NCBI RefSeq assembly: GCF_018398935.1
Contig: NZ_CP074694.1
Span: 1,170,001 to 1,202,000 of the forward strand
DNA length: 32,000 bases
DNA from: Telmatocola sphagniphila
GTDB taxonomy: Bacteria; Planctomycetota; Planctomycetia; Gemmatales; Gemmataceae
Reading direction: 5' to 3'
Of the stretch, positions 8,005-16,163 are shown in pieces; within the stretch, counting starts at the first letter, position 1; each line of letters starts with the position of its first letter. The notes beneath the pieces are model-generated. The model did not search any database. It saw nothing but the letters and a program-made list of their open reading frames with translations, and had not been told where the DNA came from. The translations under genes were made by a program, and so were the position numbers.

Positions 8005-9436
8005 TTGCGATGTTATCGCGATAGGCCACTTCCCAGCGATCTGCCGCTAACAGAAGTTTTTCGGTCAGCGGCATGGGCCGGCCAGTTGCAACTTTTGCCG
8101 GCGCGAGAATAAAGCCGGCCTGCTTTATATCGGGATCCTCTTCCCAATTCTCCGCCTGCCACCAGGTTCTGAAACTCCTGGCCAACCGCGCTTCACCGAA
8201 CAAATTCGTCCTTCCATCAATAGAAACTGGATACTCGGGCAAAGCCCAGATTAGATAACCTCCCCAGTCGAAGTGATTGCAAATCGGGCCGGGTAAGGGA
8301 TGAGCGTGAATCCAATTCACAGCCTCGACCGGGAACTGTTCCTCATTAGGTTTTCCAAAAGGAGGCAATTTCAGGATCGAAGATGCGTAAATCCCCCTCG
8401 TCAGAAGTAGGCTCGAGAGGATGCAAATTAGAGTCGGTACCAGGCGGAACGTGACTACCGGCGGATTTGCCTTCCCTCGGGAAGTCAAAATCATCCCGGA
8501 AACTACCGCACCAAACCAGACATCGCGACGCATTCGAAGTGAAAAAAAGACACAAGTTGCGAAGAGGATCGATTCCCAGAAGGGAAATCTTTGCTTGATG
8601 AGTTTCACAAGCGCCCAGGTGAATAACCCCAGCAAAATCCATTGCTTGATTTCTGAAAAATCGGGCGGAGTGAGTTCCAGTACATTTCGTAGAGCGGTCG
8701 TCTGGGTGGCATATTCCCAGATCACAATCCAGAGCTTGACGTGGTAGGGGTTCAGCAGAGTGGCCAGTACGCACAGAACCAAAAGCGTCCCAATTCTCTT
8801 CAACTCGGGTTGAAGTCTCTTCAACTCGGGCTGAAGCGCCCGGGCTTTGAGACATCTTCGAAAAGACTCCATACAGGCCAAACCCAATACGGCGAAGCCG
8901 AGGACAAATTGAATATGAGTATTAGCCCAAAGGACGTACAGAGCGGGAAGTAACCAATCTGTGCGTGCTGGTCTATCTGCGAGAATTCGATCGGAAATCT
9001 GCAAGGTCGCCAGGGTGAACCAGATTGTAAAGTGCCAGGGACGTTCCATCATCATGAACGTGCAGGGGATTGTTACGAGGAAAAGAAGGCCCAGAGCTTT
9101 CCAGGTGAAGCCGGCTCGGGAAAAGAGGAAGAAGGACAGGCAGAGAAAGGTGAATCCGTTAAGGACTGTCTTTAAAACAGCGGTATTCGAGATTGCAAAG
9201 GTCAACAGCTCGAACATCCAGCTGTACGACATCCAGGGAATATGTTCCACGATGCCCGGTCGGGAGAAGGGGTCGGTGGTTGTAACCGTTCCATTATTCC
9301 AAACCCATTCCCCGGTTTTCCAGTGCCACCAGAGATCGTTATCGGTCGTGATTACCAAAGAGTAGACGGAAGGAATGAAGGCAATTGCGATCAGGGCGAA
9401 GTAGCGCCAGTGCAAATCGCTTCGTTCGGTGTTCAT
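7973..9436 (-). CDS. Polytopic membrane protein, possibly a GT-C-type glycosyltransferase (function not established)
   Basis: 487-aa ORF with an ATG start, 21 nt downstream of the ArsC-like gene on the same strand. At least 10 hydrophobic segments. The N-terminal DNDLWWHWKTGEW loop motif resembles uncharacterised GT-C-like membrane proteins; that family call is from memory only. Confidence 0.7.
   Translation of the reverse strand: MNTERSDLHWRYFALIAIAFIPSVYSLVITTDNDLWWHWKTGEWVWNNGTVTTTDPFSRPGIVEHIPWMSYSWMFELLTFAISNTAVLKTVLNGFTFLCLSFFLFSRAGFTWKALGLLFLVTIPCTFMMMERPWHFTIWFTLATLQISDRILADRPARTDWLLPALYVLWANTHIQFVLGFAVLGLACMESFRRCLKARALQPELKRLQPELKRIGTLLVLCVLATLLNPYHVKLWIVIWEYATQTTALRNVLELTPPDFSEIKQWILLGLFTWALVKLIKQRFPFWESILFATCVFFSLRMRRDVWFGAVVSGMILTSRGKANPPVVTFRLVPTLICILSSLLLTRGIYASSILKLPPFGKPNEEQFPVEAVNWIHAHPLPGPICNHFDWGGYLIWALPEYPVSIDGRTNLFGEARLARSFRTWWQAENWEEDPDIKQAGFILAPAKVATGRPMPLTEKLLLAADRWEVAYRDNIAIIFVPRLRQP
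8795..8836 (-). repeat. In-frame 21-bp tandem duplication (2 copies) inside the membrane-protein gene
   Basis: tctcttcaactcgggttgaag (8795-8815) and tctcttcaactcgggctgaag (8816-8836). They encode LQPELKR-LQPELKR. The single difference is a synonymous CAG/CAA. Confidence 0.9.
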
Positions 9437-9457
9437 AGCTTAAGCTTAGAACAGCAT

Positions 9458-9808
9458 TCAACCGACGACATCCTTGTAGGTTTCTTCGCTGAATCCTACC
9501 AATAGGGTTTTGCCAACTTTAGCGGTTGGAGCGCGCAAGTTACCCGTCGGTCCCATGAGGTGAGCCAGTAAGGTCTCATCATCTGGTCGATCCTTTTTCA
9601 GGTCGAATTTCACTATGTTCTTCCCCTTCGATGCGATCATCTGGTTCATACCTTCCAGTAGAGCCAGCGCCTCGGCGGTCGAGTAGCGAATTTTTACGGC
9701 GTCTACCGATTCCTTGATCGGACTTTCCACGGCTTCGAGATAGTCGCGCGCTCGCTGGCAGGTGACGCAGGATTTTCGTTGATACATCCAGTCAATTTTT
9801 TTTGCCAT
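9458..9808 (-). CDS. ArsC/Spx/YffB-family thioredoxin-fold protein
   Basis: 116 aa with GGGAG 7 nt upstream of the ATG. N-terminal YQRKSCVTCQRARDYL (CxxC-like redox motif position) and C-terminal NLRAPTAKVGKTLLVGF match the ArsC-family pattern (..L.RPI....g..lvGF). Confidence 0.8.
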   Translation of the reverse strand: MAKKIDWMYQRKSCVTCQRARDYLEAVESPIKESVDAVKIRYSTAEALALLEGMNQMIASKGKNIVKFDLKKDRPDDETLLAHLMGPTGNLRAPTAKVGKTLLVGFSEETYKDVVG

Positions 9809-9913
9809 CGAAAATCTCCCTTGGTTGGTGGTTGATGAAAGTAATAGTCTTCCAGGGAAATAATTCCACGAGTTCAGAGTAAAACGCTCGAAAATGCTGA
9901 ACGGAATCGAGAT

Positions 9914-9942
9914 GGGAATCCCAATGGGCGATTGGGATTCCC
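9914..9942. repeat. Perfect 12-bp inverted repeat / hairpin in the lipoprotein-to-ArsC-like intergenic region
   Basis: gggaatcccaat (9914-9925), loop gggcg, attgggattccc (9931-9942). There is no adjacent U-tract on either strand. Confidence 0.8.
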
Positions 9943-10001
9943 AAGTAAGAGGCGACCAACTTTAGGGCATTATGAACTTTAATCCAAAGCTTCGATCGGG
10001 C

Positions 10002-10424
10002 TTATGGGATTTGAATTTCCAGCTTTTTCTGATCTTCGGTAATGGTGTATTCCAAGGTGGTCTGATCGGGGCTGGAATATTTCATCAGACCCGCATCGGA
10101 ACTTGGTAAAGATTTCCCGGAGCTTCCCGCTTTGTCCGAGGAACTTCCAAAGTTATGAGGGGCTTCCACATAAGTCACTTTCAGTTTCCCTGGGGCCAGA
10201 TCTGTAACGATGAACTTGCCATCGTTTATATTGGCCGTCCAGTGATCTCCCTGTTCACCATGGAAACCCAGCATGCCGCTCTTCAAGGGCAAACCCTTAT
10301 AAGTCACGGTGCCATCTAATGTTACGCGTACAGGCTTCCTGTCCGAGCAACCAGCCGTAAGGATTAGGAGTGTCAGAAGGACGATCGAAGGCAAAAATGC
10401 GGGGAGAGTCATTTTTTTCGACAT
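10002..10424 (-). CDS. Lipoprotein with a carboxypeptidase-regulatory-like beta-sandwich pattern, downstream partner of DUF1559 gene #2
   Basis: The best signal peptide comes from ATG 10424 (MSKKMTLPAFLPSIVLLTLLILTAGC|SD). Alternative in-frame ATGs lie at 10454, 10436 and 10412. The mature part (VRVTLDGTVTYKGLPLKSGMLGF...GKFIVTDLAPGKLKVTY) resembles CarboxypepD_reg-type domains. Confidence 0.65.
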   Translation of the reverse strand: MSKKMTLPAFLPSIVLLTLLILTAGCSDRKPVRVTLDGTVTYKGLPLKSGMLGFHGEQGDHWTANINDGKFIVTDLAPGKLKVTYVEAPHNFGSSSDKAGSSGKSLPSSDAGLMKYSSPDQTTLEYTITEDQKKLEIQIP

Positions 10425-10533
10425 GGAATCAATCATTTCTGCGTGAAATCGCACAGTGTCTATAGAGTCGTAAGAGCGGGTAACAGGCCAAGTGTCACCC
10501 GCCGACGAAAACGATTATTCGAATCTCAGTGAC

Positions 10534-11454
10534 TTACCAGTCGCTACCAAGCACGGTGCCATCCGTAGGCTGAATCGCGGAGTACCAGGTCGTCTGGCTG
10601 ACGGTGGGCATGACGCCTCGAACGCTGCCGTCCATCATTGCGACCAGACAGCCGGAAGCGTCCATCGATTGTGCATAGTAAGGATTGCAAGCTTCCACTT
10701 TGGGTGCGGACTGGGGAGGGGTTGCCTTTTTGGTCACGTTCGTGGGAGCTCCGTTACTGCAACCCTCGCCGCTCATGATACGAGTGTCGAAGTAGGGGCC
10801 TTGTTGCCAGTACCAGGGCATGTGATAAGCCCAGAGTTTGGGAATGTAATAAGGGGAGGGGTTGTGTGCGGTGTTCGAATCGCCCGTGCCGCAGAAACCG
10901 AGTTGTTCGCAGAAGCCCACGGTATTGGAAAGACCGTCGGTGATTCCCATCAATGGCTTGACCTGATTCGTGGTGCTGGTACAGACCACCCCGAATACGG
11001 CCTGATTCAAACCGTAATTGCAAAAGGCCCAGGTGCCACCGTTGTTTTCTGTCCAGGTCGAGGGCGGATTAGTGTAGTCCCGTGTGGTCTGAAATAGTTT
11101 GATAACTTTCGCGCCGGGCATGTCCGCATTACCAGTCCAGGTGTTACCGATCCGAACGCCCCAGTCGTAAATGGCGTTCTGCTCCATGTAGGGCAGAATG
11201 AAGAAATGCAGGGAGGCCCAATTCTGATTCCCGTTAATGCGGTCAGACATGGGGGGAATCTTGGCGTTAGCACTTTCGAAGTTGTGGCAGGCGAGCATGA
11301 TCTGCTTCAAATTGTTAGTGCTCTGCATTCGGGCGGCGGCCGCTCGAACTTTCTGGACTGCGGGAAGCAGCAGACCAATCAGGATCGCGATGATAGCGAT
11401 AACTACCAATAATTCGATGAGTGTGAAACCGGACCGGGCTCTAAAACTTTTCAT
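10534..11454 (-). CDS. DUF1559 family protein with a prepilin-type N-terminal cleavage/methylation motif (paralog 2; D-X9-DG variant)
   Basis: [55 protein letters not shown] is near-identical in its N-terminal 45 aa to paralog 1. The C-terminal motif reads [15 protein letters not shown], with Asp where the family His normally sits. Confidence 0.9.
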   Translation of the reverse strand: MKSFRARSGFTLIELLVVIAIIAILIGLLLPAVQKVRAAAARMQSTNNLKQIMLACHNFESANAKIPPMSDRINGNQNWASLHFFILPYMEQNAIYDWGVRIGNTWTGNADMPGAKVIKLFQTTRDYTNPPSTWTENNGGTWAFCNYGLNQAVFGVVCTSTTNQVKPLMGITDGLSNTVGFCEQLGFCGTGDSNTAHNPSPYYIPKLWAYHMPWYWQQGPYFDTRIMSGEGCSNGAPTNVTKKATPPQSAPKVEACNPYYAQSMDASGCLVAMMDGSVRGVMPTVSQTTWYSAIQPTDGTVLGSDW

Positions 11455-11496
11455 GGCGAGTACCTTGGAAAGAGTGGAGAGTAAAAGACTTTTAAG

Positions 11497-11524
11497 ATGT
11501 TAAATTTTAATTAATTTTTGTCAA
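11497..11524 (-). promoter_or_regulatory. Candidate sigma70-type promoter for DUF1559 gene #2
   Basis: The minus strand reads TTGACA (11524-11519), a 16-nt spacer, then TAACAT (11502-11497), about 43 nt upstream of the ATG at 11454. Planctomycete promoter consensus is poorly known, so this is tentative. Confidence 0.35.
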
Positions 11525-11550
11525 TATGATAAATGAACAAAAATTAATTA
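11508..11550. repeat. Perfect 13-bp AT-rich inverted repeat with a 17-nt spacer, overlapping the candidate -35
   Basis: taattaatttttg (11508-11520) and caaaaattaatta (11538-11550) are exact reverse complements. Confidence 0.85.
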
Positions 11551-11724
11551 TTTGTGAGATGGATTCGGCCGGAGGAGTCAAGAAGAGACAGGAAGGGGGT
11601 TTTGTGAGTGTTTTGACCTAAATTTAGTAGGGATGTGTTGTGGCATTCTAAGCAGCGAAGCGGAAAATATTAAGATTTCGGGCTGAAATTGGGCTGGGCG
11701 AGCCTTGGCTTGAACAAGTTGGGT

Positions 11725-12960
11725 TTAGACTGCCCCGAAGGCCAGACAACAATTATGGCCACCGAAGCCGAAGCTGTTTGTTATCAGATGCTTGACTCGA
11801 ACTTCTCGCGGCTGGTTGGGTATGTAATCCAAATCGCAGTTCGGGTCGGGGGTCTGCAAGTTAATCGTGGGATGCAGCACGCCCTTTTTCAAGGACAGAC
11901 AGCAGGCGATAACAGCTACGCCGCCACTGGCCCCCAGCAAATGTCCCAGCATGCTTTTCGTACTGCTTACCGCCAATTTCCTGGCAAAAGAGCCGAAAAC
12001 TTTCTTGATCGCTTTTGTTTCGGCGACGTCCCCGAGTTGAGTACTCGTTCCGTGGGCGTTGACATAAAGGATATCTTCAGGGTTCAGGCCGGCGTATTTT
12101 ACTGCCAGCTCCATCGCCTTGGCGGCCCCCAACCCTTCTTCGTGCGGTTGGGTGATATGGAAAGCATCGGCCGTGTTGCCGCAACCCAGGATCTCGGCAT
12201 AAATTGTTGCGTTGCGGCTTTTCGCGTGCTCGTATTCTTCAAGTACTACGATTCCGGCCCCTTCCGCTAGGACGAAACCGTCCCGATCCTTATCAAACGG
12301 TCGGCTGGCATGAACCGGATCGTCATTTCGAGTCGACAAGGCTTTGGAGGAACAGAAGCCACCAAGTCCCATCGGGGTGATACCCGCTTCGGCTCCGCCG
12401 GTGACCATAACGTCAGCCAGGCCCATTTTAATTGTGTGGAAGGCATCTCCAATTGCATGAGAGGCCGAGGCACATGCCGTCGAAATCGCGGTGTTCGGTC
12501 CCATGAGACCGAATTCAATGGAAACCGTACCACTTGCCGAGTTGGCGATCATCTTGGGTATAACAAAGGGACTGATTCGGCCGGGACCACCTGTGAGGTA
12601 GCGGGAGTGTTGCTCTTCGAACTCACTCAGACCTCCTATACCGCTGGCGATCATACAACCGCAGCGAAAGGCGTCTTCTTTGCTGAAATCCAGACCACAG
12701 TCCTGGATGGCCTGCTTGGCAGCCACGAGTGCGAACTGCGCGAAACGATCCAGTCGTCGCGCCAACTTGCCTTCGATGAGAGTTTCGGGTTGCCAGTTTT
12801 TGACTTCTCCCCCAAATCGGACTCGAAAAGCACTCGTGTCGAAAAGTGTAATGGGGCCAATACCGCTTTTGCCCTCCAGAAGTCCCTGCCAAAAACCAGA
12901 AACATCGGAGGCCAGCGGATTGACCGTGCCTAAACCGGTGACAACGACTCGGCGAGTCAT
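11725..12960 (-). CDS. fabF: 3-oxoacyl-ACP synthase II
   Basis: 411 aa. [15 protein letters not shown]-terminus, the active-site Cys context, HGTSTQLGD and GFGGHN C-terminal motifs. The start overlaps the acpP stop (ATGA). Confidence 0.95.
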   Translation of the reverse strand: MTRRVVVTGLGTVNPLASDVSGFWQGLLEGKSGIGPITLFDTSAFRVRFGGEVKNWQPETLIEGKLARRLDRFAQFALVAAKQAIQDCGLDFSKEDAFRCGCMIASGIGGLSEFEEQHSRYLTGGPGRISPFVIPKMIANSASGTVSIEFGLMGPNTAISTACASASHAIGDAFHTIKMGLADVMVTGGAEAGITPMGLGGFCSSKALSTRNDDPVHASRPFDKDRDGFVLAEGAGIVVLEEYEHAKSRNATIYAEILGCGNTADAFHITQPHEEGLGAAKAMELAVKYAGLNPEDILYVNAHGTSTQLGDVAETKAIKKVFGSFARKLAVSSTKSMLGHLLGASGGVAVIACCLSLKKGVLHPTINLQTPDPNCDLDYIPNQPREVRVKHLITNSFGFGGHNCCLAFGAV

Positions 12961-13196
12961 TTCTTGTTCGTTTCCTTCTCGATGTAATCAATCGCTTCGC
13001 CGACAGTCTTGATCTTTTCGGCCTGATCGTCTGGAATCTGGATGTCGAATTCTTCTTCCAGCTCCATGATCAGTTCCACGATGTCGAGAGAGTCCGCTCC
13101 GATATCATCCACGAAATTCGTGGCACGGGAGACCTGTTCTTTACTAACGGCCAGATGTTCGCAAACTATTTCAATGACGCGTTGCTCAACGGACAC
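12957..13196 (-). CDS. acpP: Acyl carrier protein
   Basis: 79 aa with [20 protein letters not shown], the phosphopantetheine Ser in a DSLD context. GTG start preceded by GGAGGA 7 nt upstream. Confidence 0.95.
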   Translation of the reverse strand: MSVEQRVIEIVCEHLAVSKEQVSRATNFVDDIGADSLDIVELIMELEEEFDIQIPDDQAEKIKTVGEAIDYIEKETNKK

Positions 13197-13384
13197 AATT
13201 ACATCCTCCGGAGGGAGCTAATTTTCAGCCAGAACGATTGTTCGTCAGCGTCCTGCATTGTGCTGAATAGAACTTTCTAGCATATGCTTCCAGTGCCGAC
13301 AATCGGAAATCTCATCCGCATACGATATCGCCCAAACAAGAATCGGCGATGCCCGATGAACAGAAATTTCTACAGTTTCTCGGG

Positions 13385-14290
13385 TTACGCACTGATGTTA
13401 CGGCAGGGCAGCTTTCGATCGACCCGTTTTAGCAGGCCGGCAAGCACTCTACCCGGACCAATCTCCACAAAATCGTTAATCCCCTGGGAGATCATTCCTC
13501 TCATCAAGTCTTCCCACATTACCGGGGAGACGACCTGACGAATCAGCAGGGACTTGAGCTCTGAGGGATTATCGTGCGGCCGGCCATCCACATTTGACCA
13601 AATCGGGATTCTGGGAGTTAAAAATGTAACTTGTTCCAGAGCGGCCGCCAATTTGTCATCTGCCGGTTTCATCAAATTTGTGTGAAATGCCCCGGCCACC
13701 GCCAAAGGAACTGTCCTGGCTCCGCGGGCTTCTGCGATCTGAAGCAGTTTGTCGCAAGCTTCGCGGGTGCCGGAGACAACTGTGTTTCCCGGACAGAGGT
13801 AGTTGGCAATCTGAAGGACACCCACGGCGCGAGCTTCGACAACCAGTTCTTCCACTTCCGGAACATTAAAGCCCAGGACGCTCACCATACCGCTCGGCGT
13901 TGCTTCCGCCGCCGCTTGCATTGCCTCGCCTCGAACTTTCACAACGCGTAAGCCGTCTTCGAAGCTCAAGGCGCCGGCAAAAACGAGCGAGGTGTACTCT
14001 CCGAGGCTTAATCCGGCAGTCGTTTCGCAGCTGGATACGGTGTTGGGTTCAGATTCACGTAGGTGTTCTAAAGCCGCCAGGCTGGCAACGAATATTGCCG
14101 GTTGGCTCACATCCGTGGCGTCCAGGCGTTCCTTGGGGCCATTTAAACAGAGATTCAAAAGATCGAAGCCCAGAATAGAATTAGCCTGTTCGAACAAAGC
14201 CTTGGCCTTGGAAGAAGCTTCTACGAGAGCTTTCCCCATACCGACGATCTGGGCGCCTTGCCCGGGGAATAGGAATGCGGTGCGGCTCAT
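13385..14290 (-). CDS. fabD: Malonyl-CoA:ACP transacylase
   Basis: Start at ATG 14290 (MSRTAFLFPGQGAQ) with GGAG 6 nt upstream. GLSLGEY active-site Ser motif. Confidence 0.93.
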   Translation of the reverse strand: MSRTAFLFPGQGAQIVGMGKALVEASSKAKALFEQANSILGFDLLNLCLNGPKERLDATDVSQPAIFVASLAALEHLRESEPNTVSSCETTAGLSLGEYTSLVFAGALSFEDGLRVVKVRGEAMQAAAEATPSGMVSVLGFNVPEVEELVVEARAVGVLQIANYLCPGNTVVSGTREACDKLLQIAEARGARTVPLAVAGAFHTNLMKPADDKLAAALEQVTFLTPRIPIWSNVDGRPHDNPSELKSLLIRQVVSPVMWEDLMRGMISQGINDFVEIGPGRVLAGLLKRVDRKLPCRNISA

Positions 14291-14311
14291 GCCGATCTCC
14301 AATCTCTGGGC

Positions 14312-15325
14312 TTATTCTTCTTCGGAAGCTGGAGCGGGAAGCGAATCTAGAAGTTCTACAATGTGTTGATTCAAACTGACTTTGCTCTGCGTAGCCGCTA
14401 CACTCAGCGCATTTTTAATCGCTCTTTCCTTCGAGCTTCCGTGGCAAATGATGCAAGTCCCGTCAATCCCCAGAAGCGGGGCACCACCAAAAGTGGAATA
14501 ATCGTACTTCATCGTCATCGCTTGCAGCGCCTGCATGGCCGCCATCTTGTCGTTGGGCAGTGTCGCGACAACTTCCTTGCTCACCAGCTTCATGATGAAC
14601 TCGAAGACGCCCTCACAGAGCTTTAAGATCACATTACCCACAAAGCCATCCGTCACGATCACATCACAGGCTCCGCGATGAATGTCGCGACCTTCGATGT
14701 TTCCGACGAACGATTCCTTCAGCGGGCTCGCTTTGAAAAGATTCTGAGTATCCTTGGCCAGATCGTGGCCTTTTCCCTGTTCTTCCCCGACGTTGATCAG
14801 GCCGATTGTGGGATTTTCCCGCTTCAGAATGTATTTGGCGTAGATCATACCCATCGCGCCGTACTGCAGCAGATGGGAGGGCTTGGGAGATACGTTTGCT
14901 CCGACGTCTATAATCATGCATGGCCCTTTGGCCGTCGGCATAATCGTTCCGATCCCGGGACGTCGAATACCCTTCAGATACTTACGCAGACGCATCCCAC
15001 CGGCAACCATTGCCCCGGTATTTCCCGCACTCACTACGGCTTCCACTTTTTTTTCCGCAAGCAGTTGCCAACAGCGGGAGATTGAGTTGTCCGGTTTTTT
15101 GCGAAGCCCTTCGACTGGAGATTCGTCCATGCCGATCACTTGCGTGCAGTGGAAAATATCCAGCTGAGTGCCGCGTAATTCAGAGGGGATTAAAGGTTCG
15201 ATTTGGGCGCGGTCACCAACCAAGGTGATATGCAGGTCCTTTAGCTCCTGAGCCGCCTGAACCGCCCCCATCACTATGGGGGCTGGTGCGTGATCGCCAC
15301 CCATGGCGTCCAGAGCAATAAGCAT
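14312..15325 (-). CDS. plsX: Phosphate acyltransferase
   Basis: 337 aa. The IALDAMGGDHAP N-terminal motif is typical of PlsX. It starts 3 nt after the rpmF stop. Confidence 0.93.
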   Translation of the reverse strand: MLIALDAMGGDHAPAPIVMGAVQAAQELKDLHITLVGDRAQIEPLIPSELRGTQLDIFHCTQVIGMDESPVEGLRKKPDNSISRCWQLLAEKKVEAVVSAGNTGAMVAGGMRLRKYLKGIRRPGIGTIMPTAKGPCMIIDVGANVSPKPSHLLQYGAMGMIYAKYILKRENPTIGLINVGEEQGKGHDLAKDTQNLFKASPLKESFVGNIEGRDIHRGACDVIVTDGFVGNVILKLCEGVFEFIMKLVSKEVVATLPNDKMAAMQALQAMTMKYDYSTFGGAPLLGIDGTCIICHGSSKERAIKNALSVAATQSKVSLNQHIVELLDSLPAPASEEE

Positions 15326-15328
15326 GAA

Positions 15329-15526
15329 TTATTTTCCTTCGGCTTCCTGCTGTTCCATGACCACAACTTCACGCTTCTGGTAATGACCACAAGCTGAGCA
15401 AAGGTGATGAGGCAGAACGGCTTCTCCGCAGTTCGAGCAGAACTGAGTTTGTGGAGCCGTAACGTGTAAATGGCTGCGTCGCTTCCCCTGACGCGCGTGG
15501 GAAGTACGCCTTTTAGGTACTGCCAT
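15329..15526 (-). CDS. rpmF: 50S ribosomal protein L32
   Basis: 65 aa. [20 protein letters not shown]-terminus plus a CxxC...CxxC zinc ribbon (CSNCGE...CSACGH). Confidence 0.95.
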   Translation of the reverse strand: MAVPKRRTSHARQGKRRSHLHVTAPQTQFCSNCGEAVLPHHLCSACGHYQKREVVVMEQQEAEGK

Positions 15527-15565
15527 GATAAAATTCCTTATCGCATCCCAGTAGAGTAAACAAAT

Positions 15566-15593
15566 ATATTAGTACTCCTAAGGGGACTGTCAA
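15566..15593 (-). promoter_or_regulatory. Candidate sigma70-type promoter of the rpmF-plsX-fabD-acpP-fabF operon
   Basis: The minus strand reads TTGACA (15593-15588), a 16-nt spacer, then TAATAT (15571-15566). It lies about 40 nt upstream of the rpmF ATG, which has an AAGGA SD. Confidence 0.55.
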
Positions 15594-15655
15594 TGAGGGA
15601 GATCTCTCCAGTCTCCACGAAATCGCAATACTTCGGATGTCGGGAAATCAAAGAT

Positions 15656-16150
15656 ATGGATCATTTATGGGCTCCCTGGCGGCTTTCCTATGTGACTCAG
15701 CCGGATGCTTCCAAGCCAAAAGCGGCGGGTTGTTTTATTTGCCGCAGCGCAGCAGAGGTGAATGATCGGGAAAACCTCGTCATTCATCGCTCCGAACTCG
15801 GAATCGTGATCGCAAACCGATTCCCTTATAATAATGGTCATTTACTGGTTGCCCCTCTGGCTCACAAATCGGCCCTGTCCGAAATGACAACAGCGGAAAC
15901 CCTGGATACGCAAAATCTTCTCAAAAATATGATCGAATTGATTGAAAAAACCATGAATGCCGAAGGGTTTAACGTCGGATTAAATCTGGGTAAGGTGGCC
16001 GGAGCCGGGCTACCTGGCCACCTTCACTGGCATATCGTGCCCCGCTGGAATGGGGATACGAATTTTATGCCCGTGCTAACCGACACCAAAGTCATTGTGC
16101 AATCTCTGGATTCGCTATGGGAAACCTTGACAAAACAGATGGGAAAATAG
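15656..16150 (+). CDS. HIT-family nucleotide hydrolase/transferase (Ap4A-phosphorylase-like subgroup)
   Basis: Start taken at ATG 15656 (MDHLWAPWRLSYV). Histidine-triad motif GHLHWHIVPRW, and FPYNNGHLLV upstream of it. Confidence 0.85.
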   Translation: MDHLWAPWRLSYVTQPDASKPKAAGCFICRSAAEVNDRENLVIHRSELGIVIANRFPYNNGHLLVAPLAHKSALSEMTTAETLDTQNLLKNMIELIEKTMNAEGFNVGLNLGKVAGAGLPGHLHWHIVPRWNGDTNFMPVLTDTKVIVQSLDSLWETLTKQMGK

Positions 16151-16163
16151 GAGTTTTTGCCCG

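Noticed and set aside
8346-8855. A 169-aa minus-strand ORF and the plus-strand ORFs 8421-8747, 8741-8953 and 8961-9365 inside the polytopic membrane-protein gene
   Set aside because: These are alternative-frame or antisense ORFs. The 487-aa frame has a continuous pattern of hydrophobic helices and a proper start just downstream of the ArsC-like gene.
10492-11097. A 201-aa plus-strand ORF, with other ORFs at 10754-11023, 11007-11273, 11206-11412 and 11237-11503, overlapping DUF1559 gene #2
   Set aside because: These are antisense or alternative-frame shadow ORFs. The minus-strand frame has the unmistakable prepilin/DUF1559 sequence, while these have Arg/Gly/Ser-rich compositions and no motifs.
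11689-12933. Plus-strand ORFs of 193 aa (11689-12270) and 207 aa (12310-12933), plus several alternative-frame minus ORFs over fabF/acpP
   Set aside because: The region is fully explained by fabF and acpP on the minus strand, both with canonical motifs. Long antisense ORFs are a common artefact opposite highly constrained genes.
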